From contig JBLDXI010000032.1 in NCBI GenBank assembly GCA_047495785.1, positions 930,001 through 994,000 on the forward strand: 64,000 nt of DNA. Reading direction: 5' to 3'. The position numbers and the translations under genes were made by a program. The notes below the pieces were generated by a model. It made no database searches, was not told where the DNA came from, and saw only the letters and a program-made list of their open reading frames with translations. Source of the DNA: Lepidodermella squamata. Its lineage: Eukaryota; Animalia; Gastrotricha. Of the stretch, positions 12,896-25,300 are shown one piece after another (the first letter of the stretch is position 1; each line of letters begins with the position of its first letter).

Positions 12896-15800
12896 ATGTC
12901 TAGTGCGAACAAGGACGACAGCGAGCGCTGTATCGCTATCGCCATTCAAGCCATTAATGATGGAGACCTTGATAAAGCAAAACGATTCTTGGAACGCTCC
13001 ATCCGACTATACCGTACCGACAAAGCTCAAGGTAATTTGCTCGAGATTCTGATAAAGTTACTTCTGAAATCGTTTTTTAGATCTTCTTGACATGGTGTCC
13101 AAGAAAAAAGAAGAGCCCAGTGGAGGCGATTCAGCATCCAAGAATGGGACTTCAAATGGTTCCGATGAAAATGCTCGCCCCTCACAAGAGTCATTCAGCC
13201 ACCCGCAAACCAGCTCATCATCCTCGAAAGACTATACCGAGGAACAGTTGGAATCGGTGCGAAAAATTCGCAAATGTAAAGACTACTACGAGATTCTCGG
13301 CGTGTCTCGCGACTGCTCAGAGGCGGATTTGAAGAAATCCTATCGTAAACTCGCCCTTCAATTTCATCCCGATAAAAACAAAGCCCCCGGTGCTGCTGAG
13401 GCGTTCAAGGCCATCGGAAGCGCTTTCGCCGTGCTAAGTAACGCTGAAAAGCGGAAACAGTACGATTTGTACGGAGCTGATTCAGAACAAGTCAGAGGAG
13501 CTACGGCGTCAACAACACGGCGCCGCCCGGGTAATTACCAGGGCGACTATTTCGAACACGATTTCTCACGCGGCTTCGAGGGTGACATGACTGCTGAGGA
13601 GCTATTCAACCTGTTTTTCGGCGGCGGGTTCGGCCAGGCCCAGGTGTACCACTTCGGCAATAACGGCCAGCGAATTCATCGCCGAAATCAACACGCCCAG
13701 CAACAGCAGCAGGTCTCGTCATTCGGATTCTGGCTGCAATTACTGCCCCTTATCGCCCTAGTTTCCGTCTCACTACTTAGCACGTTATTAGTCTCTGAAC
13801 CGATGTTCAATTTGCATCGAAATGCGAAATATTCGGTGGAAAGGCGGACGCGGAATATGAACATTGCGTATTACGTGAAGCCGGACTTTCCGCAAACGTT
13901 CACCGGGCAGCTCGATAGGTTCGAGCGGCAGATAGAGGAGGAGTATGTCAATCAGCTGCAAATGACTTGTTACCGGGAGCGCGCGGCGAAAGAAAATCTC
14001 TTTTTACGGGCGCAATATTTTGGCAATCGGGAAATGTATCGACATGCTGAAAATATGGCAACGTGAGTTTCAATTGCTAACAGCTTTGTAGGGATCTGTT
14101 GCCACCAACTAAATTTTGCTTAGAATTACAAGAAAATTGTATTGTGAAATATTCTCGAAATACTATTGTTCTTCCTTTTGGGTCGAGATGTTAAAATATT
14201 TAATTTTTAAAGTTTGAGAGATTCATCCTGAGAATTATTAGAACTAAAGGGTTGGTAGTTGGTCAAAGTCTAGGAAAGAAAACAGATGATTAGTGGAAAC
14301 TAGGCGAACCCTTTATTATGTACAGAATCAGCGTTTATATAGATTAGAGCAACAGAAAAGGAAACGTGATAGCAACCGGCAACGTGCGGGGTCACGTGCC
14401 GATATTCTTGACTCTTTAAACTAAATATCAACAAGAATATGGTTACGCTTGAAAAGAAATAACAGACTAGCAGAAAATTCTGACCTTTCTGCCAGCCGGA
14501 GTTTTGGCGAGTCGCTCCTTTCTAAGTCTAACAGTCTAATATATGCTTTCTACTAAATTTTTGTCCATGGTAAGCTTTGGAACAGCCATTATTTGCTCTC
14601 GGCGGTAGTAACGTGCCATTTTGAACGGCAACCAAAGTGGTTATCCAGAGCCTCCTCTATAATGGCGGTAGCATGAAGAGGACTGGGACCGTTGCTGCGG
14701 ATCATCAGTTCCGAGTCCATTGCTGAAAAAGCCAATTGGCCTGCGAGGGTGAGCGACTGACCCAAACACCGAGCCCCACGACTCAACGACAGACTCGACG
14801 GCCGAAAGACTGATTAAGAACTTGAGTCGATCGTTAAAGTTATAAAGTTTCGTATGTTTCAAAACTTTGAGTACGCCGTCGCCCTTGCGCCATTGCCACC
14901 GCGGGGTGTGCTCGGTTTCTTGAAATTGCTTGTAGGCCGATTCTTTCATCAGATTTGGGTTGAAGCCGTACGAAGTATTAGTATTTGGGAAAACCGAAAC
15001 ATGTGATGCAACGATAAATGGTATTGTCGCGGCTCAAGCAGCATTCAAGTCTGCTGCCAATTCGATGCCTAATGCAAGTGACATTATAGTCACAGATAGT
15101 CGCATTGCGGCGATGAGTAGTGGATGTAGTCGAGAAAACATAGTCGGTGTTGTTAGCAGCGGTAGCTTTATCAACGAAAGTCAAAAGGTAGTGGGTCAGC
15201 TGAAGAAAACTGAAAATTATCCAAGGACGAAATTCTAATCAAGCTGATTCGAAAACGACTACTCAGTAGCGTGATATTGATACGTGAGCGCGAATAGGCG
15301 GGTGACAGCAGGATCAGGCTGAGTAGGCTCCACATTTACTGGCGTGTTTTCGATGAAACTTGATGTCCCAAGGGGGCAGTTTAAAGAGGATCGTGGCCCT
15401 AAAATTAGCAATAAGTAATAGGTCCAGCTGAAAACGACCCCTTATAGCACAAAGCCCTCCTTTACTATTAGCTACTTGGCCCTAGCTCATACACTCCCGG
15501 AGTATGTTGGTGACGTCGATTTCTTGTAAAAGCTTCGGTAATATTCATGCGACTCAAATACTCCCAGCCTTGAAGCAAACTTAGCTTCGAAATGTCGGGT
15601 CATTGTATTCAAAGTTAGGTAAACAAGGTCGCTCCGACTTCGATAATTGCCCATTTTTCATGCATTTCCATTGATTAAAGCAGTTCTTTAACACGCTTCC
15701 AAGTTTAGCCTTCACATGGGATGCTTTTCATTTTTCGGCGGTGGGTTCAAGATACATGATAAATAAGGATTGCTGGCTGATAATCGATTAGACTTTAATA

Positions 15801-16517
15801 TTATACTTTAATTCCAAGCAAAATCAGTAAAATTTGAAAATGAAAAATAATTGGCCATCACTCAACGAAACTGATCCGAGCAGAAAAATAGACATACTTA
15901 GAGGTGTTGTTTATATCACGGAGAGCGAGCCAATATAATTCGGAGCAAATCTATTCCGAGATTTAACGCTCATCACAATTAAGCGAATTTTGTGGGTTTG
16001 ATCGGCACAGCGCAATGCCGAAGGATAAGCGAGGTGTTCGCGGGGAATTATCCCATCGGCGATGCAGCCCAATAAATCGAGCTTCGAACTACGACTCGAT
16101 CGCCAGGTTTTCGTCGGAAGTCATTTCATCTCTGGAGCAAATTTTCTCCAATAAATGAGCGTCGTAATAGACTCGATTGGCAGCTTTAATTTGCTGAGAC
16201 ATCGCCCAGGGTCTAATAATTATGAAACCTTTTGCTTCACTTTCGCGAGTTCATAGTTGAAATCATTTTTATTACAGTTTCCTTTCATCTTAATTTTTCA
16301 ACGTACCTAAGTATGAATGTAGGCAGTAATAAATTAAAATTTATTTTACCAAATTTTTCGGAAAAAAATAATTTCTGTTTCTAAAATTTACATTAAAAAC
16401 GATTTTGGTGGCAACTCGAACCCCTGAATAATTTTCACAGCTGTGTTTATTAACATGTTTTTTGTTTTCATTAGGCCTGCCTGTGATTCGCTCAAAGAGC
16501 TCGTCGTAAACGCGTAG
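12896..16517 (+). CDS. DNAJB12: ER-membrane J-domain co-chaperone DNAJB12/DNAJB14 (386 aa)
   Basis: Exons 12896-13031, 13081-14062, 16475-16517. NKDDSERC N-terminus, J domain ([23 protein letters not shown]), G/F-rich region, single TM ([10 protein letters not shown]), DUF1977-type lumenal tail ending TPACDSL. Confidence 0.93.
14089..16426 (-). mobile_element. Decayed hAT-superfamily DNA transposon in DNAJB12 intron 2
   Basis: Imperfect TIRs: TAGGGATCTGTTGCCACCAA at 14089 and revcomp CAGGGGTTCGAGTTGCCACCAA ending 16426. Frameshifted minus-strand fragments [13 protein letters not shown] (14641-14949) and [11 protein letters not shown] (14589-14786) resemble the hAT C-terminal dimerisation region. 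Confidence 0.7.
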
Positions 16518-17457
16518 TGTTTCCTATTGGCGCTCTCCCTACCTGTCAGATTGAATGAACTTTATAATAATTATATAATGTATTCAATTCTCGTATTCGT
16601 GGCTGTAAAAATGATAAGCAAGCAAAGTATAAAACATCAATAATAAAACGCAATGAAAAGTGAACATTATATGACGCGTGAAAACTCCCGAATTTTCACA
16701 TAGCCGTTGAATAAATCAAGATTTTAGCACTAAAATTCGGGAGTTGGACCGCAAAAAAATGCTGTAGAAACGTCTTTTGTAAACCTGTTTTGTTTGTTTG
16801 TCTATATTTCAGCTTTTTTCGTTCTCTGGTGTTTCAAAATAGTTCATAAAAATGACGCGAAATAAATGACTCGCTCTGAATCGGAAGAACCAAAACAAGC
16901 CCAGAATTCCCATGGGCGCACGAAACAATAATAAAGTTTGACCAGTAGCAGCTTAGCATAATTGTTATACTTGAGAAAAATAATGTAGGCACGTTTCCAA
17001 CTCACATTTATTGTTATTATTATTTATCGCAGAAGAGTCCGTGTGATTTTTTTCAATAATTTCTCCTCAGTTCGCAAATAGCTTGGAAAATCAACTTGCC
17101 CGATGTTGTACTACTGTTATCGCGTATTTAATCATCAACCGTCTTGCATATCGCTATAGTCATCAGATAACATTGCTATTTTCTTTCAAACATCCAAATT
17201 GATGAATATTATATCCAACAATAATCACAATATTTCCTATGTAAAAAAGTAGCCAATAGTTATCGTACGCGAGTGATGGTGCGAAGCTTGCAATTTTTTT
17301 CGGTTTTCTTTTCTCTCTCCAAGTTTTGTATTCGCGTCGTTTTGTACGTGAGATGAAAATTTTCCAGAGTGTGCACAAAAAAAATCATAATTATGAAAAA
17401 AGACAACTTCTGATCACAATTAATATCCGAAAAATCGTTCCTCTCTCTTTTTGTTCA

Positions 17458-17690
17458 GTATAATAATATAACGTTAATTACAATAGCGAATGAATTATTA
17501 TTATTATTATTGTTATTGTGGACGAAATTCGGTCTAACCGAAGTGATGACGATGGCTTATATAATGAAAGAATGAGAATCGCAAATAAAAATTGACTCAA
17601 TTTTTGCTATGATTTGTTGTGTTAAAATGTGTTCAGGAAGCAGTCGCACATTTTTGTTGACGAAGGTGATTTAGCGGCGAGGCTAATAAA
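17458..17690 (+). repeat. ~233-bp direct repeat, copy 1 (copy 2 at 28240-28475)
   Basis: Near-identical by eye, with only a few substitutions and a TTA/TTG microsatellite length difference. Confidence 0.95.
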
Positions 17691-17807
17691 TGAGCGAATG
17701 AGTGATTACTGTGCAATATTCGAATTCACTAGAGCGTGTCGCATTGAATACAGACCTGTACAAGGTGGCTAAAAAGTGCGTTATTTTGGCCGCCGCATAG
17801 ATAAATA

Positions 17808-18727
17808 GAGGAGGGAGCCCTAATTTCGGCCACTTCCTAAATTCGGCCGCTGCGTCCTAACTTCGGCCACCGGCCGAAATTCGGACACTTGAGTGCTGTG
17901 CAGCAGTTTTATTTGCACGCAATTCAAGAAATTTGCATTGTTGGGCCATCTGTTTCATGATTTTTCAAGCACGTGATCGCAAAAAAATAAGCGAGCGAGC
18001 GGGCTTATGTCGCTTCTCGAGTGCTCTGTTACCGCTACTTTGCAGGTATAATTTATCTGAAACTGGCTCTTTAAAATTTACTGCTTTCACCTCAATAATT
18101 ACCAGCTAAACGCCAGCTTCATTTTGGTATAAAATATTCTATCTAAAACCGCCCAGGTGAAGAGATCGAGAGAGCCAATTTTAGGGTTTTCGAGGGTTCG
18201 ATTCCAAAAATTAGCAGTCAATAGTGGAATTGAATTCGGGAAAACAAAATCGATACTCTCATTCTACAAGAGGCAAGGGATTTTTTAGATATTTTTCCAG
18301 AATTTTAGAAAGTCAACCGCATTTAGGCTATGAGGTAGAAAACAAGTTATCAAACTTGTACCTGTCAAAACAAGTTTGAGTTTCAGGCATCACGTCGTCA
18401 AGGATAAGCTCACAGGTGAAGCAACAAAGGCGGTTTTTATAGTCAGCTTTTTGAGACAAAGCTAACGATACCAAACTTGCAGTATTAGTGTACCTGGATG
18501 AGGTGGCCGAAATTAGGGCACCCCGCTCCCTAATTTCGGCCGGGTGTCTGGGTGACTAAACAATTAGCCATAAATCAAGGGAAAATCGTATGGGCTTGCG
18601 GAAAGCGGCATTCGATACCCTAAGAACTCCTCCTTAATTCTGCTTTTGCCGAATATTTTCTAAAAATTCACCTGGCTGGCAAAGTAGGAAAAACCTGAAA
18701 AGCGGCCGAAATTAGGGCGGGGTGCTT
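17808..18727. mobile_element. Non-autonomous TIR DNA transposon, TA-flanked
   Basis: Termini GAG-N6-GCCCTAATTTCGGCC and its reverse complement, TA on both sides. The CCCTAATTTCGGCC motif recurs internally. A second, inverted and truncated copy lies at 22154-22727. Confidence 0.8.
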
Positions 18728-19364
18728 TAAGTGAGAAAAGATAGGGTAGAGTCGCCTAATGATGCATAAATGAGGGGTAAAAATTTTGAAAATTTGTTTC
18801 TCATCAGCCGTTGGGTCTTTTTCGAAGCGGTTGCAGATAATGTACTTCGTTGGATTTTTTTCATAGCGTCAAAAATCGAAATTTGCTGTTCAGCCTATTG
18901 GAACCGTAGATAAAAATAATCTAAAAAGTTGTTCTAAAAATCGAATAATGTTTCGGTAATCATTCTCTTTGATTGGCCGGCAAGGCATCGTAGCTCTCGA
19001 GCTTCGTTCAGCCAAATCGGCATCAGACTACACACAGCGATGACCCGAGAAGTATCTTCTACTCAGTCAATTTCTCTCTGGAAACGACCTATTTTCCCGC
19101 AATTTTCCCGCGAACGCAGCGCGGTCCGTGAGGTTTCCATCGAATTCAGCCAGCCGTTAGGTCTCCTGTCAATTTACCGTAGTTTTTGTTTTCAAACTTT
19201 CAAAAACAACGCACACGTGATTTATCTCCTTCCATTGTAGCATGACACTAGAAAAACGACCACGAGCTAATAAACGTAGCCACAGGAGTGGTAAATCAAC
19301 TCAACTTAATAGAGGAGTTATTTTTTTTAAATCATACATTTGGATGAGGCCAAATACAAGCGAA

Positions 19365-22300
19365 ATGGATACCATTGTCAAAGTGGCTTTCGTGGCTGCC
19401 GCCATGATGATAGGCGCTACCAACGCCCAAGGTTGGGTTCGCTGCATCTCGCAGTTCGACGACTCGTTCGTCGATTGTCGCCAGTTGCCGGCCGGCTGCT
19501 ATCTATTGCAAGAATATCAAGCAAGTTGATGGCAGTCACTCGGTATTTCAACAAATAGTCTTGTTTTTCTTCGCCAGTACGGTACAAGCCACACGGATAA
19601 ATTGCTGTGCATGCATGGGGTGAGCTTATCTTTCCCAATTATCAATAAATCAGTTTTCAATAAATTGTACAGACCGCCAGGATGTGCTATAGATCGACGG
19701 AGTTCACTACTCGCTGTAGACCCGGAAATCCAGGCTGCATAGATAGAGACGAAATACAGGTAATAAATCATTCCATCGCATACTTTTCTAGCTGTTTCAA
19801 TTAATTTCAGGTCAGTATTTCGTTCAACGGCGTGTACCCGCTCAAATCAAATATGGCGGCTTGCTTGGCGTATGAGACCAACTTCACGGTTTGATAATTT
19901 CATCCACTGATGACGTCACCTTTATTCGACTTCAACAATACAGAACCAAGCTTTCGATTCGTGCGTATTTTGGCCAGATGGAGGAGGCCCATTAGCGAAG
20001 TGCCTCCCTACCGGCTCACAATGTACCGCCCCGTATTTCGTGAGTTTAAAATTACCCAAAAAAAATCATTTCGGTGTATATGAATGTTCTCAGTTCCCGG
20101 GCAAAACTAACTTTCGAAACCTTGACGCGTGCCTTGAAAGTGGAAAAGGTGAGCCAATCAATTTTCAAAGTTCGATCGGAATCCTGAATTGAAGCCTAAC
20201 ACCTAACGCATTAGACTTTAAACCGGAGCTTCCTGACCTGAGAAAGCCGTACAAGCGGTGTTTCAACGCAACAACAGCTCAATTCATTGGCTGCCGCCTC
20301 AACAGCTCTGGCTGCTTGGCCGGCGAAACAGATGAGTTCTCGCCTCGAGCCTACCGCTACAAGGAAAACTGCCTTCTATGGGTAAGTTCTGTCATTTAAT
20401 ACATAAGGGCACATCATAGACGACACCGTAACAGATAGGAAGCAAACGATCTTTCCATAGTGAATTTGGGAAGTGACTATTTACACCCACTAAAGGGTGT
20501 CACAAGGTGACTATTTGCACCCAGTGGGTGTTCTTAACCTGCTAAATACACCCTTTTCGGGTGTAAATAGCAAGATTGGAGCACCCACTGGGTGTAAATA
20601 GTCGCCTTATGACACCCATCAGGTGGGTGCAGATAGCCTTGACCGTGAATTTATTCGAGCTGTTATTGCAAAGGGTGCGGCACGCGACCACTTTTTATGC
20701 CACCTAATCCGCCCATTATAATTTTAATTAATTTCTAAAATCCACCGACCAAATGTTCATTTTTCAAACATTTTGAATTTTGGTAGGTAAATACTAGATT
20801 TCGCGATCTCTCGAATAAGCTCAGGTACATCTTGTAGGCTCGCATGATTAATTTTCTAGAATTAGTAGAAAAGTGCAGATTTTCGGCAAATTTGCCATTC
20901 TTCTGCCGCGGTTGGCTCATCCGGAAAATTTTTGAAAATTCTAAGAAAACTAGTTCGTCCATGTTGAAAATTTTCTCTATCCAACGATATAAGAGGACAA
21001 GGGGCGTTAACGCACAGGAATCAGCCCAAAGCAGGGCGTTAAAATCGCCTGCGGCAAAATGTTCAGATTTTGGCTGAAAAAAACTAGAAAATATTCCTCG
21101 AGCCGCAGTTTACGAATTAGGGCATGCCGTGTTGAACAGAGGTGAGCAAAGGGGAGAACAAAATTGCTGAAGAGGGCAAAAAATTCAAAAACGACCCCAA
21201 ACGCCAAAAATACGACTTTTGACACGTAAAAATAAATACAAGACAAATTAGCGTAATAATATTCGATTTTATTAAATTTTATTAATAAAATTAAATTATA
21301 AAATTATAAAATTAAATAATTTTAAATTTTATTAGGTAATAAAATTTAAAAAATTTCATGTGAAGGTATAAAAGGCGCATTTTTTTGTCAAGTTTTTTTT
21401 CTTCGTGTTTATTGCAACGAAAATCATCACTTTTTGCTGCGCAAAGTTGTCAAATAGTTACATCTTTACACGCCCACAGATAATTCTGCGTAGCTCTTAC
21501 ACGATAGTGGCAATGGAATAATAGATTCAGAATGAAAAGTTCTAAATGATGGTTTTTTTATGGCATTATCTTATGGGAGGATTTTCCATCTTAACGCCCC
21601 TTGTCCTTTGTCCGGTAACTATCTTATTTTGATTTTCCAATATTTTTGGGGTCAAAAAATTACTTTTTTTGACGGAATGTCTACTTTTTTATAACGGAAT
21701 GTCTATTCGTACATAGTATGTACGCGAAAATTGCTATTCGTACATAGTTTCAAAATGAAATTTCTGGAATCAATAACTATGTCAGTCTAATTTTTTGCGT
21801 GCACATAGCTGAGTATCAGGTCTATCACCCCCCAAAAGATCATGCATAGACACCCTATGGAAGAGTCGCAAAGCAACCAACGAAATTCAGCCACTAAATA
21901 GCTCTCACTTTGGTGCGTCCAACTGTAAAATTTCATGATGCTACCGTCAAATTTCGAATTTCCACACCTTGCTGAAAAATCGGGGAAAACTATGTACGAA
22001 TAGCAATTTCTGCGTACATAATTATGTACGAATAGCAATTTTCGCGTACATAGTTATGTACGAATAGCTTGACCCTTTTTTTAATTGATTAAAATTATAA
22101 TGGGCGGATAGTGCGTTAGGTGGCATAAAAAAGTGGTCGCGCTTTTTGTAATAGAGCACCCCGCCCTAATTTCGGCCGCTTTTTAGGTTTTTCCTACTTT
22201 GCCAGCCAGGTGAATTTTTAGAAAATACTCGGCAAAAGCAGAATTAAAGACGAGTTCTTAGGCTATCGATGCCGCTTTCCGCGAGTCCGGACGATTTTAC

Positions 22301-25300
22301 CTTGATTTATGGCTAATTTTTTAGTCACCCAGACACCCGGCCGGAATTAGGGAGCGGGGTGCCCTAATTTCGGCCACCTCATCCAGGTACACAAATGCCT
22401 TAAGTTTGGTATCGTTGGATTCGTCTCCTAAAGTTGAATTTAAAAACCGCCTTTGTTGCTTCACCTGTGAGCTTTTCCTTGACGACGTGATGCTTGAAAC
22501 TCTGGTGTTCATGGTACCGGAGAGGGGTACAATTTTGACTGGTACAAGTTTGATAACTTTTTCCTGCCTAATGGCCTAACTGCGGTTGACTTTCTAAAAT
22601 TCTGGAAAAATATCTAAAAAATCCCTTGCCTCCTGTAGAATGACAGTATTGATTTTGTTTTCCCGAATTCGATTCCACTATTGACTGCTGATTTTTGGAA
22701 TCGAACCCTCGAAAACCCCAAAATTGCCCTGCTGAAAAACAGTGAAATTTCGATTGTTGCGCCATAATCTGGGTCTAATAATTAGGTCCAATTCTTGGGT
22801 CTGATTTTTGGCTCTAATCCAAAATTTCGGCGTTTTTTAACTGTCATTTTCCAAGACCTGCTCAGACCTTATGGCCCCGAGTTCGGTGTCAAAAGAACCG
22901 CGGGCTCATGGCCTACATTTTGCCGTCGGGCATTTTGCCCTAGGACGCATCGTTTACCCGAAAAACACGACTTTTTGACAGACCCAGGAATTAGACCTAA
23001 ATATTGGGTCTCACGGTCTATTTTTGGCAGTTAAAGTGTTAACCTATTTGGACCATGCAAAAACTTGTTCAATTTCGACCTAATTCATGGAATTGATTGC
23101 TTTTATTTATAGCGCCAAAATCATTTTTTCAAAATTTGAGTATCTTAGCTGTAAAAAATACGAAAAAATAACAGTTGTGTTCACCGTAATTTAAACTATT
23201 CGGAACCATCAACCAATCTTTCTAAGAAAATCAAAAGGGCCCTGGAACCAAGAAGAAAATAATCGAATATTTTCGATTTTTGGCCTCCAAGAAATTGATG
23301 AATCAGCAGACCATCTGGCGCCCATGGCGTTACACCCCTTTTCTCGTGAGTAGTCAGTCTATACCATAGACATAATTTAGGATAGACTGCTTACTCACGA
23401 GAAAAAGGGTGCTACGCCATGGGCACCAGATGGTCAGCTGATTCATCAAAACTTGGAGGCAAAGTAAACAAAATAGTCGATTGGTTTTTAGCTGGTTCCG
23501 TGGCGGTTTCGATTTTTTTCGCGTGTTTCGTTGATGGATTCAGGTAGAGGAAATCACGAGGAACACGCCAGTTATTTTTTTGAAATTTTTCGAGCCACAA
23601 AAAAGAGTTTAGGCAAAGAATCAAAAAATTCCTCATGACATAAACGTAATTAAGACCGTTAATGAAGTTGAAATTGAAGCAGTTTTTTAATGGTCCAGGT
23701 AGCCCGCATCATTGCCCACATGTCGATACTTGGAGCGAACTTCGATGATTTTTTACTGATTTTCCAGGAATTTTAGAGGAGAAATCTCAACCTCAAACTA
23801 TGCAAAAACTGGAGGTTTCATGATAGGATCTTTGTTGACAGCACGTGCGCCACACCCACATGGTGTAGCTGGAAAAAGATCATAGTTGGGCTTTTCTTTC
23901 AAAATAATGCCAATTCGGCTTGGACATATTTTGAAAATTCTTTAAAAATCATTAAAAAATCATCGAAGTTCGCTCCAAGAATCGACATTTGGACTATGAT
24001 GCGGGCTACCTGGACCATTAAAAAACTGCTTCAATTTCAACTTCATTGATCACGAAAATTAATTTTATTTGTAACTGCGAAACCATTTTTCGTCGATAAA
24101 GCCAGTTAAAATTTCTTTAAAAATTTCGAAAAAATAATCAGCGTGTTACTCGTGATTTCATCTGCCTGGATCCATCAACCAATCCCTTGGGAAAATCTAA
24201 ACCGCCATGGAACCAGCTAAAAACCAATCGAATATTTTGTTTACTTTGCCTCCAAGTTTTGATGAATCAGCTGACCATCTGGTGCCCATGGCGTAGCACC
24301 CTTTTTCTCGTGAGTAAGCAGTCTATCCTAAATTTGTCTATGGTCTATACTGATAATATTATGTCTATGGTTACAGTGTTGTCTATGAGGCACATATTTA
24401 AAGCTTGTGGCCGGCCATCATATTTTGGATTATTTATCTCGTGAAAACTGTTCCCACTATTTTACAGTATGCTGTGCAGTGTCAAACTCCCACCGGCAGG
24501 AAGTGCTACAGCCTATGTCCATCTGGGGCTACACGAGTGGGTTTTGATTCAATGTCACGCCGAATAGCTGTTACATTCCAACTTACAAACAGGTGAAAGT
24601 GTTCACATCGAAGTCCACGTTTGGCGACAATTACGCGCAATGCCAGCTGGATCTATTGGCGCAGACCTCCAACAAGTCGCTAGTCGTAATTCCGGGTTTG
24701 CGAGGCAATTTCCGCGCACATCAGAACGCTTGTGCAGCAAACGGCAGCCGTCTTGTTACGCTGAACACAGCAGGCGACATCGCGGCGGTGCAAATCGCGC
24801 TCTCCGACGCAGGTGCTAATGCCGCTTTCATTGGGCTGACGCTAACTTACCATTGGCAGGACGATCAGTCTATTGTCGACATGGCGTCGCCGTTCTGGGC
24901 CGGCCCGACCGGAATTGGCGCTTGTAAGTTCGCCGTTTGGTACGGGAAATGCCCAGATATTATATTCCAAAAGTTCCAAGTGATTTTTCTTATAAGTGAT
25001 TTATAAACCGTCATGGAACATCAATATCTCTTCTTTATAGCTCGGGGCACCAAAATAAAAAAACCTAGGTTCAAAGTGGGCATCATTTTCGATCAACAAA
25101 CACGTTAGGAAAGAATCAACTTTTCAGATCGTAGCCCTAACATTTAACATTGCTCTTCCGTATTCTAAACTCTTTCTTGCCCTTATCAAATAATTAGAAC
25201 ACATTATGTAGCGAAAAATAGTTAAAAAAGGGTACCGTTCGCTATTGTCACTATGCAGGGTAATTATGGGACGTTGTACGATGCGTTGTGTTGAATATTC

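Larger units (their letters stand above)
20683..22141. mobile_element. TIR element nested in the lectin-gene intron
   Basis: cgcgaccactttttatgccacctaa...tccgcccattataattttaat at 20683-20730 is inverted at 22085-22141. Confidence 0.8.
20415..24387. mobile_element. Outer CATAGAC-terminus element (hAT/P-like, 8-bp TSD) hosting nested insertions
   Basis: TIR CATAGACGACACCGTAAC vs revcomp CATAGACAACACTGTAAC. Flanks GGGCACAT (20407-20414) and AGGCACAT (24388-24395). Confidence 0.85.
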
